DNA of 64,000 nt from Bacteroidota bacterium (GTDB taxonomy: Bacteria; Bacteroidota; Bacteroidia; 2-12-FULL-35-15). The notes beneath the pieces were generated by a model. It saw nothing but the letters and a program-made list of their open reading frames with translations, was not told the DNA's origin and made no database searches. Position numbers and translations under genes: made by a program. Positions 10,031 through 19,772 of the stretch are shown piece by piece; position 1 is the stretch's first letter; each line of letters begins with the position of its first letter. The DNA is taken from the NCBI GenBank assembly GCA_037131555.1, contig JBAXQU010000004.1, positions 365 to 64,364 of the forward strand, in the 5' to 3' direction.

Positions 10031-10451
10031 TCAAATTTTTTCTTTCGAAAATAGTTTATTACTCACCACGCTTCCTAAATACGAGCACGGGAAAAATACA
10101 AGAAGAGCCAAAATAATCACCCATATTGGATGAGGAATGCTAAACAAGTTGAAAGCTCCTAAACCCAGAAGAATTCCTCCTACCGAAATAGCATTTGCTG
10201 TTTTCTTGGTTGTTGCAAGAGATGAAGCAACCATCCCTCCCACCCACAAATGCTCCTGCAGCATAACCAATAATGACTAGTACAAAAACTATTGAAGGAG
10301 ACGAAGCGATGTATTCTTTTACAGCATCAGGTGTGCTGAAATTCATGTTAGCAGGAGGAGGGTAAAGCTTGAATCCAATGATTTCAATTACTTCAATAAC
10401 AAAAAAACTGGAGATAAGTCCAACGACTACTGATAATATATTGCGGAACAT
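10031..10451 (-). pseudogene. Small multi-transmembrane membrane protein split across two frames. Either a real frameshift or a sequencing error.
   Basis: ORFs 10140..10451 and 10031..10270 overlap. Their hydrophobic translations join into one protein of about 140 aa around ...IIGYAAGAFVGG / MVASSLATTKK.... The junction lies in a C-rich run. Confidence 0.3.
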
Positions 10452-10522
10452 AAGAATTTGATTAGGGAAAGTAATAGGTAAAAAAAACTCCGATGCATCA
10501 GCATCGGAGTTTTTAAATTTGA

Positions 10523-12544
10523 TTACTCAATAACTAATTTTTGCGAATATGTTTTCCCATCAATGGAGGCATTTACAAAGTAAATTCCACGTTGGTAATT
10601 GGTAAGGTTAAAATTCAAGCAAGTACCGTTGACAACCGATTGATTGTCGATATTCGAAACTTCTTGACCAATTGCGTTGTAAATTTTAACAGTTGCTTTT
10701 GCTGCTCTACTAACATTGAATTTTAATGTTACTGAGTTAGTAGCAGGGTTGGGAAACAAATTCATTTCCGTTGAAATAGCTGCTTGATCGTGTACTCCAA
10801 CATCATAAATTAAGTTGCTAGCAATTTTGTAATACAATATATCAGCTGCGACTCCAGGGCCTTGAGGGTCAGGAGATGTTCCAGTAGAAACTCCATGTCC
10901 AGGAGAAGCATCATCTTGAACTATCAAGTCAACGAAAGAACTGCTAAGTTTGCTTGGAATAGCACCATAAACACTTTCGTGCCAATCAAAACCAGGCGAG
11001 AGATTTGGATCTGTAACATCAAGTGGAGCACTCCAACTGATACCACCATCATCAGAACGCATTAAATAAGTATGGCGGAAACTCTTTCCAGCAAGGGTTA
11101 ATGAACTTGGAACAACGTCACCTTGGTTGTTTACTCCTTCGAACAATCCACTATAGGATAAATAAATCTTCCCTGAAGGATCGATACCTGCACTAGGGAA
11201 GGAGGTTAATGAGGTTTGATAAGTACCAAAGCCCAATGTAGCACCAGTTGGGTCTACGTAAATATTTAATATACCATCAGCTGGATGCCCAGGGAAATTT
11301 AGGTCAAGAACATTCGTAATCCTCACTGGGGCTGAATTACCCATGTTTTCATTCCAATACATTAATCCATCGGTTCCTGGGAAATAATTCATGCCTTGTC
11401 CCGTTGCAGTTCCTGGAGTTGAGCAAAGTACTCTCATTCTACCGTACCAAACATGAGCCATACCTTGATTGTCAAGCATCACTTCAACAGAAGCATCATT
11501 GGTTTCAAGAGTATCAATTTCATTCGCACTTGTTGGATCAAGCGTATCAGTATACATTGTTGCCGCATCGAACATTGGGATTGGGAATCTTTTTACAATA
11601 GTTTTGGTCCAAGTATCACCATTATTCACCGACTTTAATAGTACAACATCTACATCAAATCCGCCAGCAACAATAGCAATAGTGTCACCTTTAGCTTCAA
11701 TTGAATAAGAGTCGCCTCCAAATCCTAAATAGTTAGATGAGTCAATAGCAGGAATAATATACCTTAAAATATCCCAAGTCACTCCACCATCTAATGAACG
11801 TGAATAGTTAATAGAACCAGTTTGTCCATGATTGTTGATCATGGCTGTTCCTCCACCAGTTCCAGAACTTGAAATAACATGCAGAGTATGTCCATTAGCT
11901 CCACCAACAGCTAGACGAGCCCAAGTGTCAGGAAGTCCAGATATTGCAACAGATGTCCATGCTCCTGTACCTTTTGTAGCCCTAGAATCCATGTGAATAG
12001 TAGATACTGCGGTTTCGTGACAAATAATCACTTCGGCACCTGAATTTGTAACCCCAAGGTTAGTAAACCCAGTTCTTACGGATTCAACAGAGGTTACAGG
12101 CCCAACTGCTGAACTTGAATTCCATGGGGCTGTTCCGAATGACCAATTAGAACCATCATAATAAGTATAACCTGTCCCTCTATCAGGCCAACCCGATGCG
12201 GTAGATTGAGACATTGTCCAAGTTGCACCAATTGTTCCATCAGGATTTCTCACTATACGATTGCAAATGGATGAATTAGTTTGAAGTTGATATTGTGTTG
12301 TTCCAATACGTTCACACGAATAAAATTTTGGAACACTCTGATGAACATTTGTTTGAAGCCCGTTCACCATAGACTCAAAGGAATTCGCACCTAACTGTTG
12401 ATTCTTTTGGTATGGTATTGCCAATCTTGCAATAGCAGGATCAATCTTAATAGGACCTACAGCTGAAGGAACTGACGAAGAGTTTTGCGCTGTAGCAATT
12501 CCCCCTATTACCATTGCAATTCCTAATAGTAAATTTTTATTCAT
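10523..12544 (-). CDS. BNR/Asp-box repeat protein (sialidase-like beta-propeller) with a T9SS C-terminal sorting domain.
   Basis: Signal peptide. Asp-box motifs (SLDGGVTW, SVNNGDTW, SDDGGISW). The C-terminal roughly 80 aa carry the T9SS CTD signature (...KIYNAIGQEV...GIYFVNASIDGKTYSQKLVIE). Confidence 0.65.
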   Translation of the reverse strand: MNKNLLLGIAMVIGGIATAQNSSSVPSAVGPIKIDPAIARLAIPYQKNQQLGANSFESMVNGLQTNVHQSVPKFYSCERIGTTQYQLQTNSSICNRIVRNPDGTIGATWTMSQSTASGWPDRGTGYTYYDGSNWSFGTAPWNSSSAVGPVTSVESVRTGFTNLGVTNSGAEVIICHETAVSTIHMDSRATKGTGAWTSVAISGLPDTWARLAVGGANGHTLHVISSSGTGGGTAMINNHGQTGSINYSRSLDGGVTWDILRYIIPAIDSSNYLGFGGDSYSIEAKGDTIAIVAGGFDVDVVLLKSVNNGDTWTKTIVKRFPIPMFDAATMYTDTLDPTSANEIDTLETNDASVEVMLDNQGMAHVWYGRMRVLCSTPGTATGQGMNYFPGTDGLMYWNENMGNSAPVRITNVLDLNFPGHPADGILNIYVDPTGATLGFGTYQTSLTSFPSAGIDPSGKIYLSYSGLFEGVNNQGDVVPSSLTLAGKSFRHTYLMRSDDGGISWSAPLDVTDPNLSPGFDWHESVYGAIPSKLSSSFVDLIVQDDASPGHGVSTGTSPDPQGPGVAADILYYKIASNLIYDVGVHDQAAISTEMNLFPNPATNSVTLKFNVSRAAKATVKIYNAIGQEVSNIDNQSVVNGTCLNFNLTNYQRGIYFVNASIDGKTYSQKLVIE

Positions 12545-12652
12545 AGCATTTTAAAATTATTTGTTAATGTATAAGATTTTTGTTCGACAAATGTATACAA
12601 ATCTAATCGGTAAAACAACAATTTTTTAACAGAATGATAATTTGGATTCTAA

Positions 12653-13474
12653 TTATTTGTTAAAACCTTCCTTTTTGACTGTAAAAGAAAAGTACTTCTC
12701 TGGCGTGGCATAAGGAATTGGATATTCCGAATGAAGAATTTTAGTGGTATAGATTGCGCACAAAGTATTTGAGACACGATAAAGGTGTTTTCTTTTTGAT
12801 TCGGGAGTTCCATCTAAAATTCCTTTCAAAACATCCCAACGAACATTGTTTGGGTTATTTCCGTAGTCATGCCAAACAATGACAGAATTCTCATTTTTCA
12901 ATAGTTCAAAAGCATTAACGGTATCGTTTTTTACACTTTCATAATGATGGTCACCATCAACAAATATTAAATCGAATTCTTGATGATAACTAGTGAAATC
13001 AAAAGTTTGGGAATTAGCCTGAAGATGAGTAACATTTTTTAAGTCTTTCGAAAAGAAACGATGCAAACCAACATAATTTTTATCTTCACCCATATTCAAT
13101 AGTTCATCATCAGGTAAGTTTAAAGTGGTACACTGTTTGGCTACTGATGATACATTAGCAACCGATTCACCCATCCAAGTTCCTATTTCGAAATAGTTGC
13201 AATGGGCTATTCCTTGTGCTAATCCTTTTAACAATGCTAAGTCGAGTGGGGTGGAACCACCATCCATGGAACAATAAGGTGAAACAACTTGGTTTAATTC
13301 TGGAACCAAGGCTTGTATATCAACTGTTTTTAATCCTTTTGGTAAATTGTATTTTGCAATTACCTCCTGCTTGTTGACATCGCTATCATCAATAATTTTA
13401 TTCAACAACGAAGGTTGTTTTATAATTAGAGATAAGGCTTTTATTAACTTTTTTATTTTATTCATTTCAATCAA
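12653..13474 (-). CDS. Class I SAM-dependent methyltransferase (TylF/MycF-like).
   Basis: LIFVDGDHHYESV motif typical of TylF-like methyltransferases. Abuts the flippase gene. Confidence 0.5.
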   Translation of the reverse strand: MIEMNKIKKLIKALSLIIKQPSLLNKIIDDSDVNKQEVIAKYNLPKGLKTVDIQALVPELNQVVSPYCSMDGGSTPLDLALLKGLAQGIAHCNYFEIGTWMGESVANVSSVAKQCTTLNLPDDELLNMGEDKNYVGLHRFFSKDLKNVTHLQANSQTFDFTSYHQEFDLIFVDGDHHYESVKNDTVNAFELLKNENSVIVWHDYGNNPNNVRWDVLKGILDGTPESKRKHLYRVSNTLCAIYTTKILHSEYPIPYATPEKYFSFTVKKEGFNK

Positions 13475-14740
13475 TTATTGTTTCAACATTCCCTTCACTT
13501 GATTGATTAACCAATTGAAGTCGCGAAAAGTAGGGAACAAGTGGTGCATTTTTATTTTCGATTCTTTCGCAAAAGAAATCATGACAAATATCGCAATTCC
13601 TAAATAAGAACAGGTAGAAATGATTCCTGCCTGAAGAATGCCATACGTTGGAATCAGTAAAATACTAGCAGTCACAGTAATGATTAAGCCAATGAAATTC
13701 GCCATTGTATTCATCTTGTAATTTCCTGTTCCCGAAAAATAATGCCCGATGATGAGTATGATGTTGTAAAATAGAATACCTGGGGCAATTATGTAAATTA
13801 CTTGTTTTACACCACCAAAATCATTACCGAAAAGCCATATCCAAAAAGATGAAGGAAGCAATAGCAAAGGGATGAGAGCAAGAATACAAATAAGTGTACT
13901 CATTTTTGTCATCTTAAGTGTAATTGATTGAGAAGATTCTGTATCTGTACTGTTTGAAATTTTAGGATATAAGATGGTTGCAAAACTATTGGTGATTAAC
14001 AACAGCGATTCGGTCAATGAAATCCCATTAGAATAAACACCGAGGACGCTTTCCCCAGAGTACTTCACTAATAGGAAATAACTAAATCGAAAACTAATGA
14101 AGTTCATTACGTGTGCAGCTTGATTTAGAAATCCAAGTTTGAAAAGTTCATAACACAGCGGCTTAATTCCAGTAAATGAAACTGTTTTTAAATAAGGTAA
14201 TATTAGAATAGTACTTACGATTAAACCCAATCCCATAGAGGCATATAAAGAATAAATGTATGCATCAATGTTCACTTGGTCGTAACTCTTGATGAGTAAC
14301 CAAAGTATTGTGAAATTTATTGTCGTTTTGAGGAGCGCTATATAGTTGCTGCTATTTATTTTTTCTTTCCCTAATAGTATGGTAAGATTAGTTTCTAAAA
14401 ACGAATTGATTAAAGAAAGAAGAACCACTGGAACGATGAACGATGCAGGGATAATAGCGAAGGACTTGAAGATAAAATATGAAATTGCACAAATGATTAT
14501 CGACCATAAATTGCTTATTATGAAAAGAACAAAGATGTTGTATCGGGGAACAAAATAGACTAATGACGAACCTCCTATCATGTTGCAAAAAATTAATATC
14601 ATAGCTATAGTTGTCACAATTAAACTAGCTTCACCTTTTCCTGATGCTCCAATGTGTCTCGACAATACAATGACGATTGCCAAGTTTAAAATGGCAATGA
14701 GCACCTTGATAATGAATGTGGAAGCAATTTTTTTTAACAT
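13475..14740 (-). CDS. Polysaccharide biosynthesis protein, an oligosaccharide flippase (Wzx/MOP superfamily).
   Basis: About 12 predicted transmembrane helices over 421 aa. Sits between a GT4 gene and a methyltransferase gene. Confidence 0.6.
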   Translation of the reverse strand: MLKKIASTFIIKVLIAILNLAIVIVLSRHIGASGKGEASLIVTTIAMILIFCNMIGGSSLVYFVPRYNIFVLFIISNLWSIIICAISYFIFKSFAIIPASFIVPVVLLSLINSFLETNLTILLGKEKINSSNYIALLKTTINFTILWLLIKSYDQVNIDAYIYSLYASMGLGLIVSTILILPYLKTVSFTGIKPLCYELFKLGFLNQAAHVMNFISFRFSYFLLVKYSGESVLGVYSNGISLTESLLLITNSFATILYPKISNSTDTESSQSITLKMTKMSTLICILALIPLLLLPSSFWIWLFGNDFGGVKQVIYIIAPGILFYNIILIIGHYFSGTGNYKMNTMANFIGLIITVTASILLIPTYGILQAGIISTCSYLGIAIFVMISFAKESKIKMHHLFPTFRDFNWLINQVKGMLKQ

Positions 14741-15949
14741 TTACACAACATTATTTAAACATTTAGTGTAGAGTTCATAAAACTGTTTACCTATTGTGTT
14801 GTAATTAAATTTCTCTGTGATGTAATGATTTAATTTGGTTGCATCATAAGTTTTGAAGTTCAAAATCATTTTTTCAATGGACAATTCCAGCTCAGTTTGA
14901 TTTCCTTGCTCGATAAGTATTCCATTATCCGAATTAATGAATTCCTCGGGTCCTCCACAAATGGTGGCAACCACAGGTTTGCCATTGGCCAATGCTTCGG
15001 TTGCAACCACCGAGAAGGTTTCATAACGACTATTGATGACTACAAAATCGATTTCTTTCATAAATTGATACACAAATACATTGTCCTTTCTTCCGTGAAA
15101 AAAAACAAATGTATTGATGAGTCCTAATGATTCGCTAAGTTGCATTAAACGGTCTCTATCTGGACCATCACCAATAATATGGTATTCTATCAAGGGATTT
15201 TTTTTCGAAAGAGAAGCGATAGCATTAATGATTCCACTGATGTTCTTTTGTTCATCAAATAAATCTGCTACGGTAAGAATCTTTGTTTTGCTATTGTTTA
15301 TAGGTGGAGGAGGAGTTATGCTTTCAATAATATTAGGGATAATGTGATAATTGCCTTTCAATCCTGAGTTCAACATGCTTTCTTTTAGACTCTTTGAAAC
15401 TGTTGTTATTGCTTTAGCTTGGTTCACCATCCTTTTTAGAAACCACTTTTTTAAAAAGCTAAATGTCTCGAATTTACCTTTTGCATAACCTGTCCAATGT
15501 TCGGAGATAATATAAGGAATTTGTTTTGTTTTATTCAGTATTAAAGCGACAAGAATAGGGCGTTTTAAAACATTGACATGAACCAAATCAATGCTGCCAA
15601 GAATATGTTCTGCTCGATTAACTCCCATTTTATTTGCCTTCAAATAACGATGCGTATTGATGATTGATTTGAAAATGCCAGTATTTCTAAGGTAATACAC
15701 AGTAATTTCCTCAAATCCATTTTGGGTTGACAATTCGAGATTGAAGTTTGTTTGTAGGTTCTCATCAGCACATACGTACACCACAGAAATGGAACAATAT
15801 TGATGAATTGCCTTAGCATGTTTCTGAACAAAAACTCCTAATTGAGGGTCGAACTTATTGGGATACCATTCCGTTAAGAATAAAATTCGATACCTAGCAT
15901 CGGAAGATGAGTTTGAAACAGATGATGTAGTCGAACCTATACTCTGCAT
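14741..15949 (-). CDS. Glycosyltransferase family 4 (GT1/GT4-like, retaining).
   Basis: The C-terminal half has the GT4 signature region (VINSRYETFSVVATEALANGKPVVAT). Its start lies 3 nt after the copA stop. Confidence 0.7.
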   Translation of the reverse strand: MQSIGSTTSSVSNSSSDARYRILFLTEWYPNKFDPQLGVFVQKHAKAIHQYCSISVVYVCADENLQTNFNLELSTQNGFEEITVYYLRNTGIFKSIINTHRYLKANKMGVNRAEHILGSIDLVHVNVLKRPILVALILNKTKQIPYIISEHWTGYAKGKFETFSFLKKWFLKRMVNQAKAITTVSKSLKESMLNSGLKGNYHIIPNIIESITPPPPINNSKTKILTVADLFDEQKNISGIINAIASLSKKNPLIEYHIIGDGPDRDRLMQLSESLGLINTFVFFHGRKDNVFVYQFMKEIDFVVINSRYETFSVVATEALANGKPVVATICGGPEEFINSDNGILIEQGNQTELELSIEKMILNFKTYDATKLNHYITEKFNYNTIGKQFYELYTKCLNNVV

Positions 15950-15952
15950 TCT

Positions 15953-18106
15953 TTAATTCAACTTTTTTGTTTTTAAGCGGATTGAATTACCAATCACAAT
16001 CACATCCGAACACGCCATCGCCATTGCTCCTAAAGCAGGACTCATAAAGCCTGCAGCAGCAATAGGAATAGCAACAATATTATAGAAGAAAGCCCAGAAA
16101 AGATTTTGTTTGATGGTTATTAAAGTGTGTTTACTAATAAGACGAGCATCCATTAATATGGACAAATCGGAACTGTTCAACAAGATGATTTGTGCCGATT
16201 GAATGGCTACTTCGGTTGCGTTGCTCAACGAAATGCCAACATTAGCTTTGGCTAAAGCGGGTGCATCATTTACTCCATCTCCAACCATAGCAGTCGGGGC
16301 TTTGCTTACTAGTTTTTCAATCAATTCCAATTTTTCGGAAGGCAATTGCTCACTATACACTTTATCAATTCCTAATTCTATGCCTAATGTTTCACATTTA
16401 ATTTTGTTGTCGCCACTCAGTAATACCGTAGTAATGCCTAAAGATTTAAGATTTGAAATTAACTGTTTTGCATTTGTTTTTAGTTCATCTTCCAAGTCAA
16501 TGGTGGCGATTAGTTCATTATTTCTTACCACATAAACCGAATGAGAATCATCCTTGGTGAATGATTGTGCTATTTTATAAGAGCCAATACGAATGGGTCT
16601 ATTCTCAATATCTTCAGCTGATAATCCAATCCCCTTTTCTTCTTTAACGTTTTGCAAGGGTTTAGTCACTATGGTGTTTTTTAATTCACCAACAATGGAT
16701 TTGGCAATAGGGTGAGAAGAGTGATGTTCCATCAGAAACAAAATTTCCCTTACTTCTGCTTCTGTAGCACCTGAATAAGGTGTAATCTTTTTTAGTTTAA
16801 AATGTCCAGTAGTGAGTGTTCCTGTTTTGTCGAATACAACAGTTTTTATTTTGGCAAACTCTTCGAGCGTACTGCCACCTTTTATAAAAATTCCTTTTTT
16901 AGCTGCTCTACCAATACCAACCATTACGGCAGTAGGTGTAGCTAATCCCATGGCACAAGGACATGAAATAACCAATACTGCTATAGCACGCATGATTGAC
17001 TCGCGCAGTAAATAGGTAGAATCTAACGAAATGAAAAAGTAATTGACAAGAAATGTAATGGCCGATAAGCCAAGCACTACTGGTACAAATATGGCTGCTA
17101 TTTTATCTCCTAATTTCTGAATTTGAGGTTTGTTTTGTTGTGCCTTCTTTACGAGTTCAATTATTTTTGCTAGTACGGTTTCTTGTCCAACCTTCTCTGC
17201 CCTCATTCTGAAACTACCATTTACAACAATAGTTCCCCCAATTACTTTTTGTCCAATAGCTTTTTCCAAAGGAATACTTTCTCCTGTAATCATGCTTTCG
17301 TCTATGCTAGCATCACCTTCTACTATTTCACCATCCACAGGTACCTTGTCGCCCGTGTTTACTTGTAATAGCCCTCCAATAGGAATGTTCTTATAGTCGA
17401 TATCGGAGATAACGATTTTACCCATTTGAAGGCTTACAATTTTTGCTGTTGATACTTGAATAGAAGATAGTTCGCGAATGGCGGAGGTGGTTTGTTTTAC
17501 CGAACGATGTTCGAGTACATTGCCAAGAAGCACCAGACTAATGATACTTGCTGTGGTTTCGAAAAAGAGATAATTGTGTACTAGGTGCGTGTTGCTGTAC
17601 ATCATCAAACCGATGACACTATATATAAAGGCAGATGCAGAACCAATAAAGATTAGCACATCCATATTAGGCACACCTGATTTAATACTTCCCCATGCAG
17701 ATTTGCCAAATTGCATGATACCGATGACAAATACTGGCAAACAAAGTATTAGCTGGACAAAGGGTTGATTCAACACAAAGTCGTGAGGCATAATCATGTG
17801 ACCTAGAAACAAAATGAGGGTAAAAGGAAGTGTGAAATAAAACCTTTTTTCCACGGTCGAGCGTTTACCTACTTGTTCTTCAAGGTATTTGCTATCCACC
17901 ACTTTGTAACCCAAGCTTTGTATGCTATCAATTACACTTTGTAGTTTCGATTTGTCGTTCAACAGAAAAGTAGCTTCTCCAGTGGCAAAGTCTACATAGA
18001 CGTTTTCCATGCCTTTTTTCTGAAGGTTTTTGGTAATTCCCAAGGCACATGTAGAACAATCCATTCCTTCTACTTGTAAGGTTATATTGGTGTTAGTTTC
18101 CGTCAT
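15953..18106 (-). CDS. copA: Copper-translocating P1B-type ATPase.
   Basis: N-terminal HMA domain GMDCSTCA. CPC transmembrane motif (SCPCAMGLATP). DKTGTLT phosphorylation site. GDGVNDAPAL hinge. Confidence 0.85.
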   Translation of the reverse strand: MTETNTNITLQVEGMDCSTCALGITKNLQKKGMENVYVDFATGEATFLLNDKSKLQSVIDSIQSLGYKVVDSKYLEEQVGKRSTVEKRFYFTLPFTLILFLGHMIMPHDFVLNQPFVQLILCLPVFVIGIMQFGKSAWGSIKSGVPNMDVLIFIGSASAFIYSVIGLMMYSNTHLVHNYLFFETTASIISLVLLGNVLEHRSVKQTTSAIRELSSIQVSTAKIVSLQMGKIVISDIDYKNIPIGGLLQVNTGDKVPVDGEIVEGDASIDESMITGESIPLEKAIGQKVIGGTIVVNGSFRMRAEKVGQETVLAKIIELVKKAQQNKPQIQKLGDKIAAIFVPVVLGLSAITFLVNYFFISLDSTYLLRESIMRAIAVLVISCPCAMGLATPTAVMVGIGRAAKKGIFIKGGSTLEEFAKIKTVVFDKTGTLTTGHFKLKKITPYSGATEAEVREILFLMEHHSSHPIAKSIVGELKNTIVTKPLQNVKEEKGIGLSAEDIENRPIRIGSYKIAQSFTKDDSHSVYVVRNNELIATIDLEDELKTNAKQLISNLKSLGITTVLLSGDNKIKCETLGIELGIDKVYSEQLPSEKLELIEKLVSKAPTAMVGDGVNDAPALAKANVGISLSNATEVAIQSAQIILLNSSDLSILMDARLISKHTLITIKQNLFWAFFYNIVAIPIAAAGFMSPALGAMAMACSDVIVIGNSIRLKTKKLN

Positions 18107-18333
18107 TTAGTATTTCGAGTGTGCGAAGTTAGTAATATAATAGTATATCGAAATTGTATTGGCGGAAGAAAAGGGAAGTTTTGGTCTTTAGTGTCAGTCG
18201 TTTAAACAATATTAAGGTTCAGAATCAATCTTCTACGGAAAAATTTATTTTGATATCTTTATTTCTATTCGGGGAAAATCAATATCTTTGATAACGCAAA
18301 AGTTATTAGTGTTTAACCTTTAAATAGTATAAA

Positions 18334-19305
18334 ATGAAAAGAAAAGTATTTGCAATCTTGAACATATTGGCACTTGTTTACATTATGCCAATTATTGGCT
18401 ATTCTCAGAACATAGAGTATAATATGTTACTTAAGTTGGATACATTAGTTTCCATCAAAAACACCTTTATTCTTGGAAAGATTACAAAGATTTCCGAAAC
18501 CGAAGTTGAATATAAAAAGGTAAATGAGATTGATGCTCCAGTTTATGTTTTGGGTAAAAATAAACTTAAGGAAATTAGATGGGCTAATGGAACAGTTGAG
18601 AAAATTGTTCTTGATGAATTTGATGTGAACAAAGAAGAAGCTATTATTGATAAACGTTCGGCTTTGAAATTTAATTTCTTCTCATTGGTAAACGATCAAA
18701 TAACATTTACATATGAACATTCTATTAAGGTTGGATTTAATGCTAATATTGCAGTAGGGCTAATTAATAATTCAATGTTGAAATATTCTGTAAATTCCTC
18801 AGCTAATCTCACACAAGGATATCTTGTTAGAGCAGGTCTTAAATACTTATTAGGTACAGACTATTATGTGAAAGGGATGAAATATACTCATCCATTAAAA
18901 GGTAGATTTATTATGCCAGAGTTGGCGTATTCTAGATTTACGGTGAGAGGAATTCGGTCAACTTATTACACTCAAACTATAAGTAATGGTCCTTACTATA
19001 ATTATACTTACACTTATAATTACATTTATTCAGATAGAATAATCAATGCCCTTAGTATTACAATAAATTATGGTCGTCAATTTATTCTTGGCAATGTAAT
19101 CACATGTGGTTATAGTATTGGTGTAGGTTATTCATTCTACAATTCGAAATATACAAATCCTGATATTCTGAAGAGTTCTAGTGGGTATTATTATAATTCT
19201 GAAGATTTGAAGAAGGCACCAAGTGATTTATATACACATTTTAGAGATTCTAATATACCTGTTGCCATTACCGGGTCTATCACGTTAGGATATATTTTCA
19301 AATAA
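18334..19305 (+). CDS. Hypothetical exported protein, possibly an outer-membrane beta-barrel.
   Basis: Signal peptide. Tyr/Asn-rich. The end of the protein is beta-strand-like (ITLGYIFK). Confidence 0.4.
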   Translation: MKRKVFAILNILALVYIMPIIGYSQNIEYNMLLKLDTLVSIKNTFILGKITKISETEVEYKKVNEIDAPVYVLGKNKLKEIRWANGTVEKIVLDEFDVNKEEAIIDKRSALKFNFFSLVNDQITFTYEHSIKVGFNANIAVGLINNSMLKYSVNSSANLTQGYLVRAGLKYLLGTDYYVKGMKYTHPLKGRFIMPELAYSRFTVRGIRSTYYTQTISNGPYYNYTYTYNYIYSDRIINALSITINYGRQFILGNVITCGYSIGVGYSFYNSKYTNPDILKSSSGYYYNSEDLKKAPSDLYTHFRDSNIPVAITGSITLGYIFK

Positions 19306-19433
19306 ACTTTTAATAGGGGAGAACTATTAGGCAAGTTTTTGGACTGACAATTAAAAAACTGCGCTACTTTCCCCCTAAAAACAGTTTTTTTGAAAAAAAA
19401 TTATCAATCGTCATCATCATTTATAAAAAAACA

Positions 19434-19441
19434 TATCTTTG
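19434..19441 (+). promoter_or_regulatory. Putative Bacteroidota sigma-A -7 box (TATCTTTG, matching TAnnTTTG) for tRNA-His.
   Basis: The motif lies about 19 nt upstream of the tRNA 5' end. The same octamer recurs at 9196-9203 and 19748-19755 upstream of other genes. Confidence 0.3.
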
Positions 19442-19459
19442 CACCCTCAAAAAAAATAC

Positions 19460-19535
19460 GGTGGCTGTAGTTCAGTTTGGTTAGAGCATCGGTTTGTGGT
19501 ACCGAGTGTCGTGGGTTCGAGTCCCATCAGCCACC
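19460..19535 (+). tRNA. tRNA-His (anticodon GTG) with a genome-encoded G-1 and a C73 discriminator.
   Basis: Cloverleaf folded by hand: acceptor GTGGCTG/CAGCCAC, D-stem GTTC/GAGC, anticodon stem TCGGT/ACCGA with loop TTGTGGT, T-stem GTGGG/CCCAT with loop TTCGAGT. The extra 5' G and C discriminator are His-specific. Confidence 0.85.
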
Positions 19536-19546
19536 CGAAAATGAAA

Positions 19547-19577
19547 ACTCCCTTAGGAAACTAAGGGAGTTTTTTGT
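19547..19577 (+). terminator. Rho-independent terminator downstream of tRNA-His.
   Basis: AAACTCCCTTAG GAAA CTAAGGGAGTTTTTTGTTTTT. Confidence 0.6.
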
Positions 19578-19772
19578 TTTTATTACTTTATGAAAGGGAT
19601 TTATACTCTTCTATTCGAGGTTAGGTCATTCTTTTTTCTCCCTCGTTTTCAAAAATCAAACTAGAAATATTTTAAATGAAAAAACCGTGAGTCGGACAGT
19701 TGTTTTTTTTAGAATTTTTTAATAAATCCCTTGACTTTAGTTATTGTTATCTTTGTCCATCACAAAAAAAGC

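Noticed and set aside
19731-19772. Upstream TTG start for the transglutaminase-like gene, as in the ORF track
   Set aside because: The TTGAC at 19731 and the TATCTTTG at 19748-19755 look like a promoter, not coding sequence. The first ATG at 19773 follows at an appropriate distance.
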